A DNA stretch of 64,000 bases from an uncultured cyanobacterium (lineage in GTDB: Bacteria > Cyanobacteriota > Cyanobacteriia > Cyanobacteriales > Nostocaceae), in the NCBI GenBank assembly GCA_963706595.1, contig OY970166.1:3488001-3552000 (forward strand). The letters are read 5' to 3'. Shown here piece by piece: positions 55,007-64,000 of the stretch (its first letter is position 1; each line of letters opens with the position of its first letter). The translations under genes and the position numbers were made by a program. Below the pieces are notes generated by a model that was given only the letters and a program-made list of their open reading frames with translations, was not told where the DNA came from and made no database searches.

Positions 55007-56150
55007 ATGCCCTGTAAAACTGTTGATAGTATTTTGGATCATGCCCTTTTGGGGTACGATTTATCTCCCGCCGATGGAGTGGTATTGTTAAAACAAACTG
55101 ATCCAGAGGCGATCGCTGCCATTCGGACCACAGCTGACAAACTCCGCTACAATCAAGCAGGCAATACGGTGACATACGTCATTAACCGCAATATTAACTT
55201 TACTAATATTTGCGAGCAGCACTGTAGTTTTTGCGCTTTCCGCCGAGATGATGGTGATGCTGGTGCTTACTGGTTAGATTGGGCGCAAATTGTCGAAAAA
55301 TCCACAGATGCAGTGCAAAGAGGCGCAACGGAAATCTGTATGCAGGGGGGATTAAACCCACAAGCACAGATTAATGGCAAATCTTTACATTATTACCTCA
55401 AGCTAGTAGAAACTATCAAGCAGGAATTTCCTCAGATACATCTACACGCTTTTTCACCCCAGGAAGTGGAATTTATCGCCAGAATTGATGGTATTGAATA
55501 TGCTGATGTGATTGCGGCTTTGCGGGATGCTGGTGTAGGCTCAATGCCAGGAACAGCAGCTGAAGTGTTGGATGATCAAGTCAGGCGGGTACTGTGTCCA
55601 GAAAAGATTGACACAGCCACTTGGCTAGAAATTGTTGGTACAGACTCACAAATTAGGTTTACCCACCACTAGCACCATACTATCAGGGCATATTGAAACG
55701 CCAGAACAACAAATTGGGCATTTAGAAAAATTGCGATCGCTCCAAAAAACTGCCATTGATCAGGAATATCCGGCGCGCATTACCGAATTTATTCCTTTAC
55801 CATTTGTTGGACAAGAAGCACCTAAAACATTACGCCGTCGTGTCGGACGTGATCAACCAGTGTTAAATGATGCTTTATTACTCACAGCTGTGGCGCGGAT
55901 TTATTTAGGAAATTACATACCTAACCATCAACCAAGTTGGGTAAAACTGGGGCTAGCTGGTGCTACTGAAGCTTTATTGTGGGGTTGCAACGACATCGGC
56001 GGTACGCTGATGGAAGAACACATTACCACGATGGCAGGTGCTGTGGGCGGTACTTGTATGGAAGTGGAAACTCTGCAAAGTGCGATCGCATCTCTAGGAA
56101 GACCCCACCAACAACGCGACACTCTATATCACAGAGTCATTAGTCATTAG
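55007..56150 (+). CDS. cofH: FO synthase subunit CofH (apparent +1 frameshift at 55644)
   Basis: [32 protein letters not shown] and [10 protein letters not shown] motifs; removing 1 nt gives 380 aa. Confidence 0.9.
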
Positions 56151-56556
56151 TCATTAGTCATTGGTCATTAGTCATTGGTCATTGGTCATTGGTCATGGGG
56201 AAGTTACCCTCTTCTCCCCCCTGCTCCCTGCTCCCTGCACCCCTGCCTCTTCTCCCCCCTGCTCCCTGCACCCCTGCACCCTGCACCCCTGCACCCTGCT
56301 CCCTGCACCCTGCTCCCTGCACCCCTGCTCCCTGCACCCCTGCTCCCTGCACCCCTGCACCCTGCACCCCTGCTCCCTGCACCCCTGCTCCCTGCACCCC
56401 TGCTCCCTGCACCCCTGCCTCTTCTCCCCCCTGCTCCCTGCTCCCTGCTCCCTGCACCCCTGCCTCTTCTCCCCCCTGCTCCCTGCTCCCTGCTCCCCTG
56501 CCTCTTCTCCCCCCTGCTCCCTGCTCCCTGCACCCCTGCCTCTTCTCCCCACTCCC
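56137..56556. repeat. STRR arrays: (CATTAGT/CATTGGT)n, then a ~350-nt (CCCTGCT/CCCTGCA)n array
   Basis: Direct reading; this explains the spurious Pro/Gly-rich ORFs in all six frames. Confidence 0.92.
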
Positions 56557-56630
56557 TCACCGAAATGATCCCCAGGATACCAATCCAGGATAGGATAGAC
56601 CTTGATTTACGTATTATTCACTGAACAAAT

Positions 56631-57030
56631 ATGAAGCGCTATTGGTCGCGTCTACTTGCCTTGGTTTTGGTTGTAACCCTTGGCCTCATGGGCTGTACTG
56701 AAAGTCCAGACAGTTTGACAGGTGATTATCGTCAAGATACCTTGGCTGTAGTCAATGTTATGAAAGAAGCTCTGGATTTAACAGCAGATTCACCCGACAG
56801 AGCCGCTATTCAAGCAGAAGCACGTCAAAAAATTAACGATTTTTCGGCTCGCTACCAACGGGATAACTCTGTTTCCAGTCTTAGTTCCTTTACAACCATG
56901 CGAACAGACTCTCAACTCCCTCGCTGGTCACTACAGTTCTTACCCAAATCGTCCCGTACCCCAAAAGCTCAGAACTCGTCTAGAGCAAGAGTTAGCACGG
57001 GTAGAAACTGCGCTGAGGCGTGGGGCTTAA
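56631..57030 (+). CDS. psb27: Photosystem II lipoprotein Psb27 (apparent +1 frameshift at 56908)
   Basis: Lipobox LMGC, LTGDYRQDT, SFTTMRT|ALNSLAGHYSSYPNRPVP...ALRRGA. Confidence 0.9.
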
Positions 57031-57487
57031 CTATTGGTAGTTCGATTGTTAAGAGTCAAAAGTCTAGAGTCCTCGGTTTTTACTCTTGACCGTTGACTCT
57101 TGACTCTTTTGTGCAGAAATAAATAACGAACCACAGATTTAGACAAATACTGGCTTCTTTCTCTCAGGGTAAACAGATACTTGCGTACTTAGAAGATTAG
57201 AAAATCCATATCTAAGTATATACCGTAAATAAACGGATTCAATAAAACTTAAATCATCAAAAATCAAACTATAAATTCCTTCAAAATAGCGCCAATCTGC
57301 TTTTTGTTCCAGGGTTTTGAACTTCATGTTCAAAATTTATCAAAAAATCGGGCAACAGAAAGAGAATTTTTGCAGTCTTGAATATGTAAGCTGCGAAACT
57401 TTCAGTGATAAGTTGAAATTTTTATACCTGTAGCTAAAAATTATTTGCATTAGGATTGATTATTTATTTGTGCTTCTACTTTTAGGT

Positions 57488-58987
57488 ATGTTTAACTGTC
57501 CTTTGAATCTTCCCAGAACAATTTCATTTTGGCGCTGTCTGTTCGCTACCGTTTTTACCAGTAGTTTGTTTATTTCTCACTTTGGTAGCCCAGCAGCACA
57601 GGCGCAAGTAACCGAATATTGCCAATTAACCACAGCAGCAGCAAAAGCCAAAGAAGACTTACGTTTGTTAGCGCTCAAAGGCAATCAAGATGCTCAGAAC
57701 CGCTACCAACAACTGGTTAAACAACATGGACAGGAGTTGCAGAATTGTCGGAATCGGACTTGGCCAGAAACCCAAGCTATCTGGTTACGTTTATATCCCT
57801 GTGATATTCAGCCAGGAGCGATTGACCAGATTATGGATCGGGTTGTCAACCGTGGCTACAATCAAATTTATGTAGAAGCTTTTTCGGATGGGCAAGTATT
57901 ATTACCAGCAGGAGCTAACCCCACAGTCTGGCCATCTGTACTTCGCACCCCCGGAGCCGAAAACATCGATTTGCTGTCTGTGGCTATTCAAAAAGGGCGA
58001 CAACGTGGTTTAAAAGTTTACGCCTGGGTGTTTACCAACAATTTCGGCTATACTTACGCTCAACGTCCAGATCGAGTAGATGCGATCGCACGCAATGGCA
58101 AAGGTCAAAACAGCCTATCCGTCACTGATAACGGTTCTCAACTATTCATTGACCCCTATAATTTACAAGCCAAACGCGACTACTATCAAATGGTACAAGA
58201 AGTAGTCCGCCGCCGCCCAGATGGAATTCTATTTGACTACGTGCGCTATCCACGACAAGCCGGAACTGATTCTATTGCGACCAAAGTCTCTGATTTATGG
58301 CTATTTACTCCAGCCACTCAACAAGCTTTATTTAACCGCGCCCAGAATAACAAAGGACGAGAACTAATTCAGCGTTTTGTGGGTAAAGGATACGTCACAG
58401 CTGGGGATATCAACGAAATCGATCAGCTTCACCCTCAAGAAAACGAACCCTTATGGCAAGGGCGAATTCCCCAACCAGAGCAAAAGTCAATCATCTCTGC
58501 AACCGACAGACAACCATTATTACAATTACAATTGTGGCAACTAGCAGTTGCTCACGCGATGCAAGGGATCTTAGATTTTGTCGCCTTAGCTGCTTACCCA
58601 GCGCAGCAACAAGGAATACCCTCCGGAGCCGTGTTTTTTCCCGATGGTAATCAAGCTATCGGACGAGGCTATGATTCCCGCTTGCAACCTTGGGATAGGT
58701 TCCCTAGTTCTTTAGAATGGCATCCCATGTCTTATTCGACTTGTGGTAATGCCAGTTGCATTGTACAAGAAGTGCAACGAGTTTTGAATGCTGCACAACC
58801 AGGAACCAAAGTTATTCCTGCTTTAGCCGGAAGTTGGGGAAAAGCAGTAGGTAATCGTCCATCACTTGAAACGCAAATGCAAGCATTACGCCAATCTACT
58901 CCCCAATTAAAGGGAGTGAGCCATTTTGCCTATTCTTGGCAATACCCAGAACATGATAACGATCGCAAATTTTGTCGCGTTCGGTAA
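57488..58987 (+). CDS. GHL10/DUF187 family glycoside hydrolase-like secreted protein
   Basis: QAIWLR, GYNQIYVE, DGILFDYVRYP and HPMSY motifs. Confidence 0.75.
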   Translation: MFNCPLNLPRTISFWRCLFATVFTSSLFISHFGSPAAQAQVTEYCQLTTAAAKAKEDLRLLALKGNQDAQNRYQQLVKQHGQELQNCRNRTWPETQAIWLRLYPCDIQPGAIDQIMDRVVNRGYNQIYVEAFSDGQVLLPAGANPTVWPSVLRTPGAENIDLLSVAIQKGRQRGLKVYAWVFTNNFGYTYAQRPDRVDAIARNGKGQNSLSVTDNGSQLFIDPYNLQAKRDYYQMVQEVVRRRPDGILFDYVRYPRQAGTDSIATKVSDLWLFTPATQQALFNRAQNNKGRELIQRFVGKGYVTAGDINEIDQLHPQENEPLWQGRIPQPEQKSIISATDRQPLLQLQLWQLAVAHAMQGILDFVALAAYPAQQQGIPSGAVFFPDGNQAIGRGYDSRLQPWDRFPSSLEWHPMSYSTCGNASCIVQEVQRVLNAAQPGTKVIPALAGSWGKAVGNRPSLETQMQALRQSTPQLKGVSHFAYSWQYPEHDNDRKFCRVR

Positions 58988-58995
58988 CTGGACTT

Positions 58996-59019
58996 GTAGA
59001 GACGCGATTTATCGCGTCT
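58996..59019. repeat. GTAG-type REP palindrome
   Basis: gtagagacgcgatttatcgcgtct. Confidence 0.7.
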
Positions 59020-59036
59020 GCATATCTTAAAAAAAA

Positions 59037-62000
59037 ATGAATAAACTTCAACCAAGACAAGCCTTAAATAAAGCATTCCTGAAAGTCAAGCCCAACAGAA
59101 TTGAAATTGACCTATTTAAAAATAATCTGTCTACCCTCATCGCTCAAATCAACGAAGCGGAATCTGAAGAATTTCATAAAAATTTGATTGCCGATTTTTT
59201 AAAGAATACTTATTATAGCCCCAATCATTTTATCAATACAAAAGGACATAATGACCTTGTTATTCATAACGGTAAAGATGCTCAAACTACCGTTGGTGTA
59301 ATTTTAGAAACTAAAAAGCCAACGAACACAGGCGAAATGCTCAAAATTGATAATTTAAATACTAAAGCATTTCAAGAATTGGTGTTGTATTTTTTGCGCG
59401 ATCGCATTACAAATAAAAACCTAGAAATTAAATATTTAATCGCTACCAATATTTACCAATGGTTTATTTTTGACGCAAATAATTTTGAAAAACTTTTCAT
59501 TGAAAACAAAACATTTTTAAACCAATTTACCGAATTTGAAGCCGGGAGATTATCCAGTAAAAAAACAGAGTTTTTCTATAAAGAAATAGCTCAACCAGCC
59601 ATAGCCCAAATTCAAAACTCAATTCCTTTTACCTATTTTGATATTCGAGACTATGCAGAAATTTTAAATCATCCACAGCAGCAAAATGATCATCAACTAA
59701 TAGCGCTGTTTAAATTACTTTCACCAGAACATTTATTAAAATTACCCTTTGCTAACGATAGTAATAGTCTTGACAAAGGTTTTTATAGCGAACTATTACA
59801 TATTATCGGTTTGACGGAAACCAAGCAAGGTAGTAGAAAACTCATTCAACGTAAAAAAGCAGGTGAACGAAATTCAGGTTCCCTCATTGAAAATGCAATT
59901 GTGCAACTTGATAGTTTAGACAAAATTTCTCGCCTCAAAAAGCCAGAGCAATTTGGGGAAACTTACCAAGAGCAACTTTTTAATCTTGGGTTAGAATTAT
60001 CAATCACTTGGATTAATCACATACTTTTTCTGAAATTATTAGAAGCACAATTAATTAGATATCACAAGAATGATAAATCCTTTGGCTTTCTGAATTTAGA
60101 AAAAATCAAAAAACTCGATGATTTAAACAGTCTTTTCTTCAGCGTCTTAGCACGTAAACCCAGCGAGAGAAACGAAAATATCCAAAAAACATTTACCAAT
60201 GTTCCTTATTTAAATAGTTCCCTATTTGAACCAACAGATATTGAACAAGTAACAATATTTATCAGCAACCTTAGAGATGAGAATTTGCCGATTTTCTCCG
60301 GGAGCATCTTAAAAGACAGCAATGGTAAAAAGCGCACAGGTGAACTAAACACATTACAATACCTGTTTGAATTTCTGAACGCTTACGACTTCAGCAGCGA
60401 AGGTTCCGAAGAAATTCAAGAAGACAACAAAAGACTAATTAATGCTTCTGTACTTGGCTTAATTTTCGAGAAGATTAACGGATATAAAGATGGTTCCTTC
60501 TTTACTCCAGGTTTCATTACCATGTATATGTGTCGTGAAACAATTCGCCGAGCCGTTTTGCAGAAATTTAATCAGGCTAAGGGTTGGAATTGTCAAGATA
60601 TTGAGCAATTGTATGAGAAAATATCCGATAAACCAGAAGCTAATCAAATTATTAACAGTTTAAAAATTTGTGATCCGGCTGTAGGTTCAGGACATTTCTT
60701 AGTTTCGGCTCTCAACGAAATTATAGCCGTTAAAAGCGAACTGAAAATTTTACTCGATAGGTCAGGTAAAACATTAAGAGACTATCACGTTGAAGTGGTA
60801 AATGATGAGTTAGTTATCACTGATGATGACGGCTCATTATTTGAGTATAATCCTAAAAATAAGGAAAGTCAACGCATACAAGAAACTCTATTTTATGAAA
60901 AGCAGACGATTATTGAAAATTGTTTATTTGGTGTAGATATTAATCCCAATTCTGTAAAAATATGTCGTCTGCGGTTATGGATTGAACTTCTCAAAAATGC
61001 TTATTATAAAGCTGAGAGTAATTTTGATGTAGAAAACCTCTCTCTAAATCTCTCTCCTACAAGGAAAGAGACTTTGAATTCTCCCCCTTCCCGTGTCGGG
61101 AAGGGGGTTGGGGGGTTAGGTTTTTCAGAGTTAGAAACTCTACCAAATATTGATATTAATATCAAATGCGGTAATTCTTTAATGAGTCGTTTTGCGTTGT
61201 CTGCTGATTTACGCCAAGCTTTAAAGAAAAAGCAATACAGTATAAATAATTATCGCCATGCTGTGGAAACTTACCGCAACGCTGAAAATAAACAGCAGAA
61301 ACGGGAAATGGAAAAGCTAATTAAAGATATTAAGGGTAATTTTCAGACGACTCTGGGACTAAGTGACCCCAATAAAACCAAGTTAAGACGGTTGGAGGGT
61401 GAACTTTATAATTTGGAAAATCAGACTTTGTTGTTTGAAGAAACCAAAGCTGAGAAAAAGACGCGGGAGAAAAAAGTAACTAAGTTAAATAATGAAATTG
61501 ACAAGTTAAAAGCTGAGATTGACGATATACAAAACGGTCAGATTTATGAAAATTCCCTGGAATGGCGTTTTGAATTTCCTGAAGTTTTGGATAACAAAGG
61601 GGAGTTTGTCGGGTTTGATGTGGTAATTGGGAATCCTCCTTATATTAGACAAGAAGAAATTAAGGATTTGAAACCAATTTTGCAACAAACCTATCAATGT
61701 TATACAGGAATTGCAGATTTATTTGTATATTTTTATGAGCTAGGTTTAAAATTATTAAAGCCAAAAGGTTATTTAACTTATATTTCCTCTAATAAATATT
61801 TTCGCGCTGGTTATGGTGAAAAGTTACGTCAGCTTTTGACAGCGACAACAACTATTCATAGTTTAATTGATTTTGGAGATTTTCCGGTTTTTGAGGAAGC
61901 GATCGCCTATCCTAGTATTATTACATTAAGTAACTGTAAATCTGATCAAAATGAAGTCAAAGCTTTGTCATGGGATAAAGCCAAGAAAGAAAATATTGCA

Positions 62001-62930
62001 CAATTTGCAACGGTGTTAAATCAGTCAGGTGTGAGAATTTCACAAGAAAATTTAAAACCTGACGGGTGGAGAGTAGAATCTTCAGATATTTTAGATTTGT
62101 TAGCAAAAATCAGAAACGCTGGAACGCCGTTAGGAGAGTATGTAAACGGCAGATTTTATTATGGTATTAAAACAGGATTTAATCAAGCTTTTGTTGTAGA
62201 TCAAGCTACTCGTGATAAATTGATTAACGAACATCCCTCCTCTGCTGAAGTTTTAAAACCTTTCTTACGTGGAAGAGATGTGAAGCGATGGTGTGTAGAA
62301 TTTGCTAATCAATATATCATCAAAATCGAATCTTCTGAAAATAAAAAACATCCTTGGTCTGATAAACCGAAAAAAGAAGCAGAGAAAGTTTTAGCTATCA
62401 CATATCCTGCAATTTATCAACATTTTACTCAATTTAGGGAAGCATTAATTAAGAGATGCGACCAGGGTAAATTCTTTTGGGAATTGCGCTCTTGTATTTA
62501 CTGGGAAGAATTTGAACAACCTAAAATTATAATTCCTGCAATTATTAATAATGTTGAATATGCTTCCGATTTTTCAGGATATTACAGCAACGATAAAACC
62601 TCTATTTGTATTCCGAAAAATATTAATTATACTTTAGCAATTCTTAACTCATCTTTAATGTGGTGGTTCATTCAACAAATAGCCGCATCTAAACAGGGAG
62701 GATTCTTTGAATTTAAGCTAATGTATGTTTCTCAAATACCTATCGCTACAGCTACAGAACCCCAGAGAATATTATTAGAACAATTAGTTGAGCAAATCCT
62801 CACGGCTAAAAAATTACACACCCAAGCAGACACAACCGCATTAGAAGCAGATATAAATCAACTGGTTTATCAACTTTACGGATTAACAGCAGAAGAGATT
62901 CAAATTATCGAAGATAAAATCAATGGATAA
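59037..62930 (+). CDS. Type IIG restriction-modification fusion enzyme (nuclease plus N6-adenine MTase plus TaqI-C-like TRD)
   Basis: D...ETKKP nuclease motif, DPAVGSGHFL (motif I), IGNPPY (motif IV), LRGRDV and PKII TRD motifs. Confidence 0.88.
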   Translation: MNKLQPRQALNKAFLKVKPNRIEIDLFKNNLSTLIAQINEAESEEFHKNLIADFLKNTYYSPNHFINTKGHNDLVIHNGKDAQTTVGVILETKKPTNTGEMLKIDNLNTKAFQELVLYFLRDRITNKNLEIKYLIATNIYQWFIFDANNFEKLFIENKTFLNQFTEFEAGRLSSKKTEFFYKEIAQPAIAQIQNSIPFTYFDIRDYAEILNHPQQQNDHQLIALFKLLSPEHLLKLPFANDSNSLDKGFYSELLHIIGLTETKQGSRKLIQRKKAGERNSGSLIENAIVQLDSLDKISRLKKPEQFGETYQEQLFNLGLELSITWINHILFLKLLEAQLIRYHKNDKSFGFLNLEKIKKLDDLNSLFFSVLARKPSERNENIQKTFTNVPYLNSSLFEPTDIEQVTIFISNLRDENLPIFSGSILKDSNGKKRTGELNTLQYLFEFLNAYDFSSEGSEEIQEDNKRLINASVLGLIFEKINGYKDGSFFTPGFITMYMCRETIRRAVLQKFNQAKGWNCQDIEQLYEKISDKPEANQIINSLKICDPAVGSGHFLVSALNEIIAVKSELKILLDRSGKTLRDYHVEVVNDELVITDDDGSLFEYNPKNKESQRIQETLFYEKQTIIENCLFGVDINPNSVKICRLRLWIELLKNAYYKAESNFDVENLSLNLSPTRKETLNSPPSRVGKGVGGLGFSELETLPNIDINIKCGNSLMSRFALSADLRQALKKKQYSINNYRHAVETYRNAENKQQKREMEKLIKDIKGNFQTTLGLSDPNKTKLRRLEGELYNLENQTLLFEETKAEKKTREKKVTKLNNEIDKLKAEIDDIQNGQIYENSLEWRFEFPEVLDNKGEFVGFDVVIGNPPYIRQEEIKDLKPILQQTYQCYTGIADLFVYFYELGLKLLKPKGYLTYISSNKYFRAGYGEKLRQLLTATTTIHSLIDFGDFPVFEEAIAYPSIITLSNCKSDQNEVKALSWDKAKKENIAQFATVLNQSGVRISQENLKPDGWRVESSDILDLLAKIRNAGTPLGEYVNGRFYYGIKTGFNQAFVVDQATRDKLINEHPSSAEVLKPFLRGRDVKRWCVEFANQYIIKIESSENKKHPWSDKPKKEAEKVLAITYPAIYQHFTQFREALIKRCDQGKFFWELRSCIYWEEFEQPKIIIPAIINNVEYASDFSGYYSNDKTSICIPKNINYTLAILNSSLMWWFIQQIAASKQGGFFEFKLMYVSQIPIATATEPQRILLEQLVEQILTAKKLHTQADTTALEADINQLVYQLYGLTAEEIQIIEDKING
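61026..61126. repeat. Hairpin repeat element inserted in frame in the RM gene
   Basis: gaaaacct...aggtttttc ends; internal cccccttcccgtgtcgggaaggggg hairpin. Confidence 0.7.
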
Positions 62931-62958
62931 ACTCAGCAGCATCACCTATTATTATCTC

Positions 62959-63128
62959 TTACAGCAGTTTTCATGTATTTAGACCACACCCTGATATCTG
63001 TATTTCTTTCTTCCTTTGCGCCTAACGCACTTCGTGCTAGAGCTTACAGCACGCTACGCGAACGCTTCGCTGATGCGCCTTTGCGTGAGATATAAAAATG
63101 TGGTTCATTTAGCTGAAAATCGCTGTAA
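62959..63128. mobile_element. MITE-like element (170 bp) with nested small repeats
   Basis: Imperfect ~30-bp TIRs: ttacagcagttttca...accaca and tgtggt...tgaaaatcgctgtaa. Confidence 0.7.
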
Positions 63129-63225
63129 GTTTATGGTGGGTTACGCTGCGCTTTAGCGAAGCCATGTCCCCAGGGCTATACCCACCCTACAAATTGGGTA
63201 TTTTTTATTTGTCAGTCCCTTATCC

Positions 63226-64000
63226 TTAATTAGAAGTGTTGACTGGAATTTGTTCCAACCAAACTGTTAAATCTTCTACCGAAGAAAAATCCAGCAGCGC
63301 TACAGATAAATCTTCCAACTGAGTCAGCGATAACTGCTGAACCCGTGCTTCTAACTCCGGTGTCAGTGTCCCCACCCTTCTAGGAAGTAAGCGCATAACT
63401 AAAGATAGTGTTGCTTGTTCTTTTCCTTGCTCAATTCCCTCTTCCATCCAACTTGTAACTATTTCCATAACTTCCTCCTGTTCTCTTGGTTCTATGGTAG
63501 CAATATCGTCTTGTAAAAGTTTTTGCTCTTGTGGACTGAGGCGCAAATAGGTATCAATAAAACCGGAAATTAACCGCATTCTAGCTGGGTCTAATTTTAA
63601 CGTCGCTAACAGACGCAAACATTCAAACTTGACTTGACGGCGTTCTGCTGGTGCGATGTTCATTTTTGCCATTAACGCAGTAGCTACAGGATTTTTTTGA
63701 CGGAGAAAATCCCGCCAGTTGAGTTGATTTAGCTGAATGACATCATAGTTAAATTGTAAAATAACTTTGTGAGGAAATGCGACTTGATGTACATTTGTTT
63801 CCGGCGTTTTCGGAGAATCGTAAGATAATAAAACTATCGGATAAATAGGGATATCGAATTTTTCATACAACCGTGAGAAGTAGCGAAACATCCGCTTATC
63901 AAAATTGGCTTGCTTAGAAGATTGATTTTCAACGTGAATCAGAAAGCAAGAGTCTTGACCTAGAAATTTAGCTTTAACAATTAAGTCGGCTTCGTATCTT
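63226..64000 (-). CDS. Rpn/YhgA-like PD-(D/E)XK nuclease with DUF4351-type C-terminus; 5' end lies outside the window
   Basis: The frame stays open to the window edge: RYEADLIVK...LIHVENQS...RMFRYF; C-terminal LEDLSVALLDFSSVEDLTVWL. Confidence 0.85.
   Translation of the reverse strand, partial: RYEADLIVKAKFLGQDSCFLIHVENQSSKQANFDKRMFRYFSRLYEKFDIPIYPIVLLSYDSPKTPETNVHQVAFPHKVILQFNYDVIQLNQLNWRDFLRQKNPVATALMAKMNIAPAERRQVKFECLRLLATLKLDPARMRLISGFIDTYLRLSPQEQKLLQDDIATIEPREQEEVMEIVTSWMEEGIEQGKEQATLSLVMRLLPRRVGTLTPELEARVQQLSLTQLEDLSVALLDFSSVEDLTVWLEQIPVNTSN

Noticed and set aside
56161..56624. Six overlapping Pro/Cys/Gly-rich ORFs resembling RiPP precursors or collagen-like proteins
   Set aside because: They are translations of a stop-free STRR array, and no modifying enzymes are associated.
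57139..57333. 64-aa ORF on the minus strand
   Set aside because: AT-rich intergenic ORF with no recognisable motif; possible but unsupported.
59037..62930. The type IIG enzyme as the source of the CAGCT/GATC error signature
   Set aside because: Type IIG enzymes usually methylate asymmetric sites on one strand, and nothing in the sequence links this TRD to those motifs.

Overview
Chromosomal window from a heterocyst-forming-type (Nostocales-like) cyanobacterium, inferred from the gene content, the frequent HIP1 octamer GCGATCGC (roughly 50 copies by eye) and the STRR heptamer arrays. Most of it is core genome: dxr, Fd-GOGAT, the rpsL-rpsG-fusA-tuf-rpsJ operon, pheA, rnhB-rne, dapL, clpS, sphR-sphS-phoU, an SLH/OprB porin, cofH and psb27, plus several GT-C/GT2 envelope glycosyltransferases. 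Accessory DNA sits at both edges. At the left is an IS200/IS605-type tnpB with a divergent small RHH-like gene. At the right are a type IIG restriction-modification gene and an Rpn nuclease with a probable internal antitoxin start. Eight conserved genes are broken by small indels, most likely sequencing errors. Six of the single-base insertions restore to CAGCT or GATC, which suggests a methylation footprint. Small mobile repeats (SDR-like elements, GTAG-REPs, MITEs) are dense, and several are inserted in frame in proteins. I found no CRISPR array, rRNA or tRNA. No single novel system is proven. The best candidates are the tnpB/RHH module, the Rpn gene-in-gene next to the RM gene, and an attenuator-like leader between rpsJ and a LON-domain gene.
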